From positions 188,589,521 through 188,629,390 of the forward strand of contig NC_068981.1 of the NCBI RefSeq assembly GCF_001194135.2: a DNA stretch of 39,870 nt, read 5' to 3'. Both the position numbers and the translations under genes were made by a program. Of the stretch, positions 10,818 to 22,695 are shown piece after piece. The notes beneath the pieces were generated by a model. It did not search any database and was not told where the DNA came from. It was given only the letters and a program-made list of their open reading frames with translations. Positions within the stretch are counted from its first letter, which is position 1. Each line of letters starts with the position of its first letter. This DNA comes from Octopus bimaculoides (taxonomy: Eukaryota).

Positions 10818-11992
10818 ATATATATATATATATACACTCACACACATAAGGAGAAGCATATTAAAAGAGGTCTGTGGGAAAACTCTGTTGGGAACCACTG
10901 TGAAAACATGGGGAATCACTGAACTAGTACGACTTAGACACAATGAAATGTCAATGTAGAAAAATATTGGAGAGAAGCAGAAAATTTATAAATATACCCT
11001 CATATGTATCTTTATTCATAACCACACACTTATACATACATACATACATATACATGAATTTAAAGATTCTTTTTTTTTAAATACTCTGAGTCTGAAGGAA
11101 GTGACCTTTGCAGGCTCTCCAAGACTGGCTTTGCTCATTTATTTTGTCAATATTCTGTTCAAACTGCTGCAGATAAAGATTTGCGGGGGGAAAAAACATA
11201 AGCAGGGACAAGATTCCAGTGAACCAATGTTCTCCAGATGACAAGCTTGATTTTATTTCTATGTCTGCAGTCTTGTTTTTGACAGTGGCTCACTAGTGTT
11301 AATATAAGCCATTCAAATATCATTTTATTTTAAATATCTGTCTTTTTTCATGGCAGAATGGCTGATAAATGAATAAACTTATGCAATATATTGTAACACA
11401 AAGTAGGTTACTATCAAATTGAGGTCATTTGGTAAATATCTATAAAGAAACAAAGTTTTGTGTACACCAAACATTAAAGCATTTTATCTCAGTCCAGTAT
11501 GCAATAAATTTTTCAGCTAAATCTATAGTATGTGTTCGTTATCTTAGAGACCATTACCCAGTTGCTATTCATTAAAATATATTTTAAGAATCTAATTTAT
11601 AAGAATTTTAATTCTTTTGTTTAGATATGTAGTTGAGGTCATGAAATTATTTCAGATTTCTATTTATCTTTGATACACAAGTTACAATATTTTCATCTGC
11701 TGCAATTTGCTAGGAGCCACCATTACATAATTCTGTTTACATGCATATATATTATTGAAACAGAAGTATTTGTATAGAAGTAGTTGCTATTTGTATCTCA
11801 TTTCATTATGCACAACTGTATCCAGATGGTTGCAATATCTTCCCAATGCTACAAAGCACCATTAAAAATCCATCAATTCAATAAAATTCTTCACAAAATA
11901 TCCATCTAACAATTCTTTTACTTAGCATAAATCTTAAAAGTTATGGAACAGTATCCGTCTTCAACTACTATACTATGGTTGTTTCTAAATTC

Positions 11993-12198
11993 GACCGCCG
12001 GACTGGCCCTTGTGCCGGTGGCACGTAAAAAGCACTTGGAGTGGTTGGTGATAGGAAGGGCATCCAGCTGTAGAAACTCTGCCAGATCAAATTGGAGCCT
12101 GGTGCAGCCATCTGGTTCGCCAGTCCTCAGTCAAATCATCCAACCCATGCCAGCATGGAAAGCGGACGTTAAACGATGATGATGATGATGATGATGAT
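11993..12198 (+). mobile_element. RTE 3' tail copy with (GAT)n
   Basis: Same family as 1-342. Confidence 0.85.
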
Positions 12199-12200
12199 GA

Positions 12201-12420
12201 AGGTGTCAAGCTGGCAGAATTGTTAGCATGCTGGGCAAAATGCTGAGTGATATTTCACCTGTAGCTACATTCTGAGTTCAAATTCCGCCAAAGTCAACTT
12301 TGCCTTTCATCCTTGCAAGGTTGATAAATTAAATACCAGTGAAACACTGGGGCTGATGCAATCGACAAGCCCCCTCTCCACCAAGCTTAGGTCTTGTGCC
12401 TTTAGTAGAAAGGATTATTA
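12201..12420 (+). mobile_element. SINE family 'B' ending in (ATT)n
   Basis: Family-B head, B-box and core. Confidence 0.8.
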
Positions 12421-12469
<49 letters not shown>

Positions 12470-12470
<1 letters not shown>

Positions 12471-12725
12471 GGTAGAGTGTTGCATTCACAATCTTGCGGT
12501 TGTGGTTTCAATTCCTAGAGTGAGTGGTACATTGTGTTCTTGGGCAAAACACTTCATCTCTCCTTGCTCTGCAATGACTTTGACTCCTGAATTATAGCAC
12601 ACTGTGCACCTGTTTAGGCAATGTCAATTTGATGGAGTGGGTGAGCTAATTGTACAGCACATACATTTGATTGCTATAAACAAATCATTTTTGCAGGTCA
12701 TTTGGCAAAAATGCTGAACACACAA
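12470..12725 (+). mobile_element. tRNA-derived SINE, further family
   Basis: GGTTTCAATTCC B-box-like, then GTGTTCTTGGGCAAAACACTTCATCTC, a typical post-tRNA SINE segment. Confidence 0.55.
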
Positions 12726-12771
12726 ATATGTTGTTTTCAATGGGAAAGTCCATCATCATCATTGTTATTAT

Positions 12772-13135
12772 TATTACTTCCATTTTAGCGAAGGTGGAGG
12801 TATTGTTTTCAGCTGTGTTTGTTTGTTTGTCTGTGGACAAGATATCTCCAAAAAAAACTCAATGAATTTGGGGAAACTTTCAGGGATGTTTGACCTCGTG
12901 ACTGGTACAAACTGATTAGATTTTGGAATCAATCTGGTGCCTGACAAGGATTCTGGATAATTTTTCCAGTTTTTTAACTTAATTTTTGAGAGCAGTCAGG
13001 TTCATTTTTAGTATTCTCGTTTGTGAGAGCAGTCGAGTTTATTTCATATATTCTCATTTTAAATCATCTCTGGCTAATCGTTGAGAGGACGTTGGTATTG
13101 CCTTGGCGGAGGTTTGTGCTCTCTGAGTGCTCTTG
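12772..13135 (+). mobile_element. Helentron-associated non-autonomous element (HINE/DINE-1-like)
   Basis: 5' TTATTACTTCC..GCGAAGGTGGAGGTATTGTTTT, GTTT/GTCT microsatellite, 3' CCTTGGCGGAGG subTIR and terminal hairpin GTGCTCTCTGAGTGC, in T-rich flanks. Confidence 0.6.
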
Positions 13136-13504
13136 TTGTTATTATTATTATTATTATTATTATTCATTGTCAGACATGCAAATGCAATTACAAATTTCAA
13201 TAAAGCTTCTTACAAAGATCTCTCATTGAGACAATGTTATTAATTTAATAGGTCTTGTACATTTTAGATTATTCTGAGATAATGATGACTATTTGGACTA
13301 AATCACACTCAATGGCCTCTTGACTCTAATGATAAAAGTTGTCACTTGCAAATAATAGCTTCTCAAAGTTTCCACAATTCTTTAGTTCTACATTGTCATT
13401 ATTTAGAATCCCAAAAATAGGATTGATGCCATGTTAGTCAGATACCAGATGAACCCTAAATAAATACAACTAGAAGTTAGGTTAGTTTCAAGGTCATTCT
13501 ATCA

Positions 13505-13652
13505 AAACCAACAGCATTTCGTCTGTCTTTGTGTTCTGAGTTCAAATTCCACCAAGGCTGGCTTTTCCTTTCATCCTTTCGGGGTTGTCGATATAAACAT
13601 CTTACCTTCTACCCTAAGATTGATGGCCTTGTGCCAAGATTTGAAACCAATA
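13505..13652 (+). mobile_element. SINE family 'B', 5'-truncated
   Basis: GTTCTGAGTTCAAATTCC...TTTCATCCTTTCGGGG...CCTTGTGCCAAGATTTGAAACC. Confidence 0.75.
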
Positions 13653-13657
13653 TAAAT

Positions 13658-13660
<3 letters not shown>

Positions 13661-13751
<91 letters not shown>
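13661..13751. repeat. (CA)n microsatellite, ~45 units
   Basis: Perfect run. Confidence 0.98.
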
Positions 13752-13752
<1 letters not shown>

Positions 13753-14223
13753 ATCATCATCATCATCAGTCTGAAACTGGTAAGCCAGAAAGCCACACCA
13801 GGTTCCAGTCTGATTTGGCACAATTTCTGCAGTTGGATGGCGTTCCTAATAACACCATTCCAAGAGTGCAATGGGTGCTTTTTAAGTGCTACCAGTACAG
13901 TTACGTGACACTGGCAATGGCCATGACTACAATTTCACTTGGTTTGACAAGTCTTCTCACGCACAGCATATAGCCAAAGGTCTTGGTCACTTGTCATTGC
14001 CTCCATGAGGCCCAACATTCAAAGATCATGCTTCACCACTTCGTCCCATATCTTCCTGGGTCTTCTCTTCGACAGGTTCTCTCCACAGTTAGAGATCAGC
14101 ACTTTTTTACCCCGCTGTCCTCATCCATATACGTCACATAATTACACCAGCACAGTTATCTCTCCTGCACACCACATCTGATGCTTCTGATGCCCAGTTT
14201 TTCTCTCAAGATACTTACACTCT

Positions 14224-14225
<2 letters not shown>
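13752..14225 (-). mobile_element. RTE LINE 3' end: ORF2 C-terminus, 3'UTR and (GAT)n tail
   Basis: Minus strand LREKLGIRSIRCGVQER*LCW..VTYMDEDSGVKKC*SLTVE.. continues into the AGGAA.GCCATCCA.CTG.AGAAA tail and GATGATG. Confidence 0.85.
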
Positions 14226-14297
<72 letters not shown>

Positions 14298-14350
14298 GTC
14301 TGTCTGTCTGTCTGTCTGTCTATATATATATACATATATATATATATACA
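14222..14350. repeat. Compound microsatellite (CTAT)n(CTGT)n(AT)n
   Basis: Direct reading. Confidence 0.95.
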
Positions 14351-15009
14351 ATATATGAGTATATGCATATATATGTACATGTATGTACATACCTTCATCT
14401 ACATGTACATATAGATACAAAATTGGGCACATGACGTGGCAAAAGAACATGGACAAAATGATAAACAAGGTACAACAAACAAGCAAGCCACATAGAAACA
14501 TCTTCATCAGTTGCCACCATTAAAACACCGGCGTTTCGAAGAATTAAGGCAGTACGCATCGTTGAAATGGTTCTTCCCACGAACACAAATTAAATTATTT
14601 TCATGGAGGGTAGTGGCGGACGGAAAACAAGACAGGAAAACGAAATGGTGAAATAAACGAACAAAAAGGCTGTACAGCCAGACGTGAAGTGTGTATGTAT
14701 TGAACGCTGTGAAATATATATATATATATAATCAATTAATTAATTAATAGTAACAAAAGCAGTATTGATACCAAAAGTTAATATCTATCCTCACTTAAAA
14801 GTGAATGTTGTGTTAGAAAACAGAGTACTGTATTATTCCCCATGAGAGAACATCACATATGAATTTGTGATGCATATAAGCACTCATATTTATATTGCTA
14901 GCAGGAGATAATCGTCTCCTACTGCTGCCAGTATTACCAGATCACATGATTTTGGCCTTCCTTGGCCTTGTTAATGGAAGGCATCCATGGCTAGAGGTAG
15001 TAGCAATTC

Positions 15010-15011
<2 letters not shown>

Positions 15012-15045
<34 letters not shown>

Positions 15046-15340
15046 TTAATATCTGCTTTCCATGCTGGCATAGGTTTGACGGTTTGACTGAAATCTGACA
15101 AGCCGGGGGTTTGGCAAGGTTTCTATGGCATGATGCCCTTCCTAACACCAACCACTCCAAGAGTGTTGTGGATGCATTTTAAGTGACACCAGCATAGGTG
15201 CCATTGATCTGACACCAGCATTGACCACAACTAAGGTCTCACTTGGCTTAACAGCTCACCACAAGTATGGCATATTGCCAAGGGCCTTGGTCATCTATCA
15301 CTGCCTCCATGCAGCCCAACACTCGAATGGGGCTTTTTAC
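15012..15340 (-). mobile_element. RTE LINE 3' end, older copy
   Basis: (CAT)n plus tail homologous to 4206-4408; 15270-15335 is homologous to 13970-14035. Confidence 0.75.
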
Positions 15341-15377
15341 ACATAACCAGCATGGGTTCCAGTCAGATGGCAGTAGC

Positions 15378-15408
<31 letters not shown>

Positions 15409-16785
15409 CTCAGTGTCTATTCAGGTTCACTCTTCACCCATTCTCATTCTTTTCTTACATGAGCTGTAACCTTCTGAATCTTCTGACCTGCTCCTCAAAT
15501 ATTGATCTGCAGACGTTTAACAAATGTCACCAATTCAGAAAAGCATGGAAAGATTATGGCACCATTCTTCTCCTCAGATGAGAAGATAAAAGAAAAATAT
15601 AATTCTAATTCATCCTAAATCTAGGATAATAATATCAAAAGCCTTGACTTAAAATTTATCTCGTTTTGAGAGGATTTGCAAAAACAAAAGATCTCTAAAA
15701 TTCCAATTAAAATACTAAGTAGTGATTGAATTTTGTGAGTAAAATAATGCAATATGTGTTTTGTTTTCAATATTTTTTTTTCAAATTTATGCATTACAAA
15801 GTTATACAAACTATATGTAATTAGATTTGATGAACTGCACACACACACACACACACACGCACACACAAACACGCATGCACACACAAATGCACATGTGTGT
15901 GGTGATCTGGAAACAAATATGAAAATATCCTATGGAGACACTGACAATACATAAATTACTATGCAAAAGAATAAATAACATTTAGAAAAAATAAATCAAG
16001 ATATATTTAAAAAAAAAAAATCTAATCTTGTCTGCAAATTGGAAGAATATAAATATTGAATGGAATTATAATGATGTCATTGGGATGCTATTCTAGAGAA
16101 CATCACAATCATCAAGAGAAGAATATATCTCAATATTAATCTTGAGTAGCAATTAAGTGATAGCAACAAAATTTGCCTAATTGTCATCGGCAAACTGCAG
16201 AGGAAAAAGAAAAAAACCTATTTTGTTTATTTTACATATTATAAGCATTATTGTGGAGACAGGCTATTTGTAATTATTTGTTTTGTATTATTTGCTACTA
16301 TTATTAGTTGGTTCTCTCTATGCGTTCCATTTACTATCAGTTTATTTGTGTGGTAAAAGTAGACTTTGATTCCAGAATATGTAAAGACTTGGTGAGTGAG
16401 AGTTTCCAGTGACATCAACCAATTGTCATTTACAAACACAACAGGGAGTTTGTGTATTGGAAAGACTGTGTTTTTATTTGGGAACGTGGTTCAAACCTGT
16501 TTTGGATGTTGTATTGTGCTCTTCAGCAAACTACAATGACTTACTTTCTCTATTTGAATTATAGCAATACTCATGCATTGAAACTGTGGTTTCCATTTAT
16601 AATTAATGCCTAATAATATAATATAACAGATAAAAAAAAACCCAGAAATTCTTTGTATGTTATATAGCTTGTTCTTGCTAAATTGCTCACATGAGTAGCC
16701 GCTAATTTCAAATAAAGGGTTTCTCTTTCATCTGTTTGGTCAAAGCAATAATCATCTGTTCATTAAAGATATGTGTACAGGTCTA

Positions 16786-17640
16786 CAGGGTGTCCCAAAA
16801 ATAAGGCAACAAACTTTTTTCAATTTTGCCAAAGCAAAATATTGTTATATTTTAGGTCTGAGCATTGCAATGTAATTGTAAAGGAAACACAATTATGACA
16901 CTACCACATTTATTTAATATGACCACCTCTGCTTTGAATCATAGCCTTAAGTCTATGTGCAAATGCGTCACATGTGGCACACAGTTGTTCTTGCAGAATC
17001 GAAGCCTATTTTGGTGTAGTTTTGCCTTCAGTGTGCCGAATGAAGCATGCAGAGTACTCAAGACCAAAATGGACCAAATAGAAAAATCTAACGGGTTGAA
17101 TTGAGGCTTCTTGAGGGCCATACATACTTACCTATGAACAACAGAATGTGTTTCTGAATCCAGCATTGTGTCTGCCTGGGGCTGTGGGATGGTGCCAAGT
17201 CCTACTGGAGGCTCCAAGGTACACCTTGAAAGTGCTCATTCACCCATGGAAACAGTTTAGTCTCCAAAATGTCGTTAATGTATAGCTGTGTGTTAATTTT
17301 AACACCCAAGGGCACAAGAACGAGGGGAGACCTTCCAGTGTCTGTCACAACCACCCAAACCATAACTGATTGTAGATTTTGTCATCAATTTACGAATTTA
17401 CCCTCGACAGAACCAGATATTCACCAAAGTCAATCATTCTGGTGGTTTACTGTCTGTTTGATGTCAAATTTCTTTTCATCAGCATGACATCAGCAATCTG
17501 ACACAGGATAAGATGACTTCTCTCAAGTCTCATGGCTTTATAAACTTGCATGAGCTCATGACAGAAAAAATGTAAAAATGATGGTGATTTCAAGGCTATT
17601 GGTTGTCTTTGGTAGAGTCCAGTGTGTTGCAAGCTTTTGG
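16786..17640 (-). mobile_element. Tc1/mariner DD37D (maT-type) transposase relic with one TIR
   Basis: TA|CAGGGTGTCCC TIR at 16784-16796. Minus strand motifs ADEKKF, QSVMVW, GRSPLVLVPLGVKINTQLYINDILE, Q*DLAPSH, WP..S..FNPLDFSIWSIL, RLKAMIQSRGGHIK*. About 37 residues separate D2 and D3 after correcting frameshifts. Confidence 0.85.
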
Positions 17641-17665
17641 AGCAAGACTCTGGAATGAGAGCAAC

Positions 17666-17892
17666 CTAACAATTTTGTTACCAACCCAGCTGAAACCGAC
17701 TCTGGCTCTGAGTACAAATGTCTTGTTTTCATAAGTTTTGAATTAAAATCTTCCACCAAACCTTAGTCACAAGTTATGTTCCTAACACTAGCTGAATGAT
17801 AACCAAGTTATTTTACTAAATTCTTTGTTATATTTAACATAATTGAAAGAAACACAGAGCATCTCAACAGAAATATGGTAACAAAAGGGTAA
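17666..17892. mobile_element. piggyBac-like MITE
   Basis: Decayed (T)TAAC..TTTTGTTACC left end and GGTAACAAAAGGGTAA right end. Confidence 0.6.
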
Positions 17893-19489
17893 AAGTACAG
17901 ATGTGCTGTTTCCTGCTGCAACAAACTATGAGCCTTGGCTCCTTCAGTCTTAGAGATTTTATGCAAAGATAATCATTGCTGTTGTTCCTTCACTGACTCA
18001 TCAGATGAAGATAATCTTTCTGTACTGCTGTTCACACCAACAGAAAATTCCCCATATGAACTACCCTCTGCTTTTTACAGAGTCAGTAGAGAAAGTATTT
18101 TCTAGCAATAAAGAAAATGTGTAGTCTTTGAGATGCTATAATTGTGTGGTGTTCATACACCAGCAATTGGAATGTTTAGTAAAGTTTGAGGAGTTTTAAT
18201 AAATTCTTATTTATTGCAAACATTTATAGAATAAAACGGCATAAACAAATATACACATATGCACTAACATAGTCAGAAGTCAGTGTGGTGTACATGAAAA
18301 ATAGAATAAAGCAGGAACAGTCTACACTGTGAAATCAGAGAGTTTATTGTAAGCTATTTGTTGGACAATATTTTCACATCTCATCAACTACAATTTAAAC
18401 AGAAAACTGTCCAAAATGTGTGGAAATTCTAAACTGCAAATACTTGAGGGCAAATTAACTACACTAACACATAGAACTTTGTGTAAGCAGCTTCACTACC
18501 AAAATAACAACCATTAACCAGAAGTTTGTTTTCAGCCCACATGCTGTCTGGGGGAGAATGAACGAAAGATTCATCTCAAAAAAATTTTTATTTCACCCCC
18601 TCCAAAACGATATTAAATAATGTGTCTAAGGTGTGAAATGAAAAGAAGAATTTTAACCATGTTATATTTTTGTTGGATATGGAAAGTGAATATTCTAATA
18701 ACACCAAAAGTAAAGCATTTTCTATCAATCCTGAAACTTTCAGTAAGTTGTATGAAAGTTACTTAATGAAAGGGTACCAAGAAGAAGGCCTAATAGTTGG
18801 GTACTTGTACAACATAATGGGCAGAAGACTGCTCGTGTATATATTCAAAGAGACTATGGATGGCTATATTGACATTGCAAACTGGCTTGCTTAGAGCACA
18901 ACCTATAATTAGTATATCCACTTGGCAGAAAATCATAAGTTGACTGTTGCTTAAATATTATGTACAACTTCTAGAGAAGCTGGTTAAACTAATTCTTCTA
19001 AAATTATTGTGAGACTAACAAGGCAGTAACTGATAAGCTGGCTGGTTGAAACAGGTGTGTGATTATATGATGTAAAACTCACAATTTATACAAATGTACT
19101 CTAAAATTTAAAAAAACTGCTGAAACATTGTGATACAGTGGTTTGAATACAAAAATGTGTTTAAACTTTATGCCTCACCCAGAGCTATATCTTTTGACCA
19201 AAGTCTTCCTCTGAACACCATCCCATTGGAATTTTCTCTCAACACATTTTTTTCTGCAGTTATCATCTTGAAATTACTCTGAGAAACATTACATTTATCT
19301 CACCAGACTTGCAGGCTCACCAAAGGTCATGGGAATAGCAGCCTCCTTCAAACTATTCCAATAAAAAAAAGTAGAAAATACCCATTTCTTCGATTGAAAG
19401 GCTCACAGAGATCTCCTAAACTAATGATGAATGATGATAGGATGGATTTCAGCCTGAAGAAATCATCATCCTTTAACATTCCTGATCCA

Positions 19490-19630
19490 TGCTGACGTGG
19501 GTTGAATGCTTTGACAGGATCCAATGGGCTCAATGTCTACTCTGACATGGTCTCTATGGATGGACGCCCTTCCTATCACTACCATTTTACAGAGTGTACC
19601 TGGATGCATTTTATCATGGAACCAGCATGT
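19490..19630 (-). mobile_element. Old RTE 3' tail fragment
   Basis: CTATGGATGGACGCCCTTCCTATCACTACCA...ACAGAGTGTAC, homologous to the family tail. Confidence 0.6.
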
Positions 19631-19989
19631 GAGTGGTTATCATCCTCAACAAAGCAAAGGTATTTCCTCAACCCTACATCATTTTAACTTATTCACCAAT
19701 CACCCTGTAAGATTAAGTCCTCACCACTCCAAATGTTCGTTGACTCAAAGCAATTTGATAGAGAAGGAAGGTGGAATATAAGTAAAAGCAATGACCAAAG
19801 AAAAACTAGAATGAGTGCAGGAAGGGAGCAAGAAAATGATGGTAGAAGGGTCAAGAAAGTGAGGGATAATAGTGGATGTGGACTGTAGTAGGTGTTAAAA
19901 ATGCATAGCCTAGGAGAGAAAGGGTGAGAGTGCATTGGGTATATGCAGGACTGATGTGATCCCTAATGTGGTGTGTAAAGAGAAACAAA

Positions 19990-20500
19990 TGTCTCTGTCA
20001 TGTTGTCTAAGTCTAGCCTAAATTTAATAATTCTGTCACTCATTCAGACTATCTTAGATTCATTATCAATTTTTCTGCTATCAATATGTCTACTTCACTT
20101 AGGTGGTGAGCTGGCAGAATCGTTAATAAACTGGGCAAAATGCTTAGCAGCGTTTCATCTATCTTCACATTCTGAGTTCAATTTCTGCCATGGTCGACTT
20201 TGCCTTTCATCCTTTCAGGGCTGATACAATAGGTAATCGACTTACCCTCTCAGACCAAAGTTGCTGGCTTTGTGCCAAAATTTGAAACCTATGTGTCTAT
20301 TTCACTTATCTCATCTCTGTACTCATCTGGAGGAATTCATATCCTTGTGCCTTTGCCTCTGAGGAGTCTGATGGATGTTCCTTTCTATCTCACTTTTTGC
20401 ATATAACACACATTTATTTGCCTTCAGTCCAGCATCTCTACAATCTCACCTTCCATTGTGCCAATGTTATTAGTCGCTGCCCTAAAGATGTAGACCTGGC
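19990..20500 (-). mobile_element. RTE LINE apurinic-endonuclease N-terminal relic, split by a SINE
   Basis: Minus strand RAATNNIGTMEGEIVEMLD*RQINVCYMQKVR*KG (RTE TLNVGT...DICC.QE.RWKG), then VDILIAEKL...SDRIIKFRL beyond the SINE. Confidence 0.7.
20101..20290 (+). mobile_element. SINE family 'B' inserted in the RTE relic
   Basis: GGTGGTGAGCTGGCAGAATCGTTA...TTGTGCCAAAATTTGAAACC. Confidence 0.8.
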
Positions 20501-21018
20501 AGAAGAAAGGGTCATTATAAAGTTGGGTCCTGTGGCTGGCCCTTGCTTTCTGTACCTGAAAGGAAGATCAAAAATGTGTGGTCTCTTAATAACAGATGGT
20601 GAGTTTTCACATGTGATATGCTTCTACTTTTAATTGATTTTCTAATATTTCTCCCATTCTAACAAATCACAACAAGCAATCCTAATTATTATTATTACAA
20701 TTATTGAACAAGGTGTGTGGTAGTTCCAGTTACCTGCTATAGCTTAATATCTGGTAAATGTCATAGGGGAAGTTCGTTGTTAGCACTGACATTTACTCAT
20801 ATGACATGCATATCTGTGGCAGCAGTATGTATAGGTCATGACTGCACGAAGTGAAAGAGCCTTGTAAGCAAAATAAATAATTTGTGAGTGTATGGAAAAG
20901 TAGGATTTTGTAGTGAAGGAATATACTATTTATCATGCTACCATCCAACTTCAATCTGTCAGCAGAACAGTGAAAATATGTAAAATTTTTCTAAAGTTTA
21001 GCATATGCTTATACAGTT

Positions 21019-21312
21019 CATCATCATCATCATCATCATCATCATTATCATCGTTTAACGTCCGCTTTCCATGCTAGCATGGGTTGGACGATTTGACTGA
21101 GGACTGGCGAACCAGATGGCTGCACCAGGCTCCAACCTGATTTGGCAGAGTTTCTACAGCTGGATGCCCTTCCTAACGCCAACCACTCCGAGAGTGTAGT
21201 GGGTGCTTTTACATGCCACAGGCACAAAGGCCAGTCAGGCAGTACTGGCAACGGCCACGCTCAAAATGGTGTATTTTTCGTGCCACCTGCACAGGAGCCA
21301 GTCCAGCGGCAC
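21019..21312 (-). mobile_element. RTE 3' tail copy, young
   Basis: Reverse complement nearly identical to 12045-12198. Confidence 0.85.
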
Positions 21313-21566
21313 TAAATTTCAATGTTAGCGCATAGAAGTTTGTTATTTAGAAACTTACCTTTTCTTTATAGGAGGTATTCAAATACTTTTACAACACACA
21401 CAAACACACACACAATTTCCTACAATTATCTGTGTTTAAGGTGATATTTATGGCTTTCCTCTTCTAGCATTACTTGAATGAGTCAGGAGCAAGCATTTTA
21501 AAAAACTTAATGTCTTTTTTTTGTTGTTAAACTCAGAACAATGAAATGGACATAATAAATATATAT

Positions 21567-21580
21567 AGATCGGAAGAGCG
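21567..21580 (+). other. Illumina adapter remnant AGATCGGAAGAGCG
   Basis: Exact TruSeq adapter stem directly before the N gap. Confidence 0.92.
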
Positions 21581-21703
21581 NNNNNNNNNNNNNNNNNNNN
21601 NNNNNNNNNNNNNNNNNNNNNNNNNNNNNNNNNNNNNNNNNNNNNNNNNNNNNNNNNNNNNNNNNNNNNNNNNNNNNNNNNNNNNNNNNNNNNNNNNNNN
21701 NNN
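21581..21703. other. Assembly gap
   Basis: N run. Confidence 1.
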
Positions 21704-21754
<51 letters not shown>

Positions 21755-22559
21755 GTGAGATTTGTTTAAAGGAAACAACAGTTGCTTTTACTTTCTGTTA
21801 GGTTCTTTATAGAGACAGGGTATAAATGAAATGAATGACTGGAACTAATGGCCTTTTACATTTCTTCTGGTTCCTGTAATAAACCAACAACTAATCTGTG
21901 GTTACACACAATGTAACCTTCACTATGTCAACCATTAACGGTTTGACTTCACTCAACCCTCCAAATTTTCAGCTCTGCTTATCTTCCCTGCATCAATAAA
22001 AATGGTCAATAAACTGTTAGTATTCATTTACTTTTGTCAATTGCCTGGAGTTTTGTAGTTTTATTTAACAATTTGTGTTCAATACGAATTAGTATTAATC
22101 AGAATTGTATCACCATTTGGTGTGATGATTAAGATTAAAACTATTGTGTTTGTATTGACAAAATAACTACTTTTATAACATTAGTGACAGAAAATTTCCT
22201 TTTCCAGAAAGAAAATGAAATGTTGCATAACAGCTGTGAAAAACATTGTCAAAAGAATTATGGAATTTTACATTAGTTTATTGATTTCATATTTATATTT
22301 CAGCTCACTGACCTACATGAAGTGTGATAAATTATTTGTAGACCAACTACTGTTGCATGGATTAATTCTTGTTTGATTAAGATGACACAGATGACTGAAA
22401 GAATAGGAAATCTAAAAAGTTAGAGAACATTAAAGTAAGAAGTTATATATGATGTTCTGTTTTGTAAATGAATTAGTGTGTATTATGATATGATTTATAT
22501 TGAACACAAATCTGTAGATGTAAAAGATTAATTATAAATATTTATGAGGAGAAAATTAC

Positions 22560-22695
22560 TTTCTACATAAGGCTGTAATATACTTCAAGATAAAGCAAGT
22601 ACTAATATGCATGTCATTTGTTATGTCTCTGTTATCGTAGGGCAGATCAATGATTGCTGATATCAGATAACGAAGACGAGCATCAAGCTTATAAT
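22560..22695 (-). CDS. Candidate internal coding exon, product unassigned
   Basis: Acceptor TTTACTCTTCCTCAG|, donor AAA|GTAATT, open frame YKLDARLRYLISAIIDLPYDNRDITNDMHISTCFILKYITALCR; local CpG retention. No homologue recognised. Confidence 0.35.

Larger units (their letters stand above)
10161..10900. mobile_element. hAT(Charlie)-like MITE remnant
   Basis: CAGTGGTTCCTAAC at 10161 and its near-complement GTTGGGAACCACTG ending at 10900. No 8-bp TSD visible. Confidence 0.5.

Noticed and set aside
20474-20598. Plus-strand exon with a strong GTGAGT donor
   Set aside because: It lies antisense within or next to the RTE endonuclease relic and is most likely cryptic.
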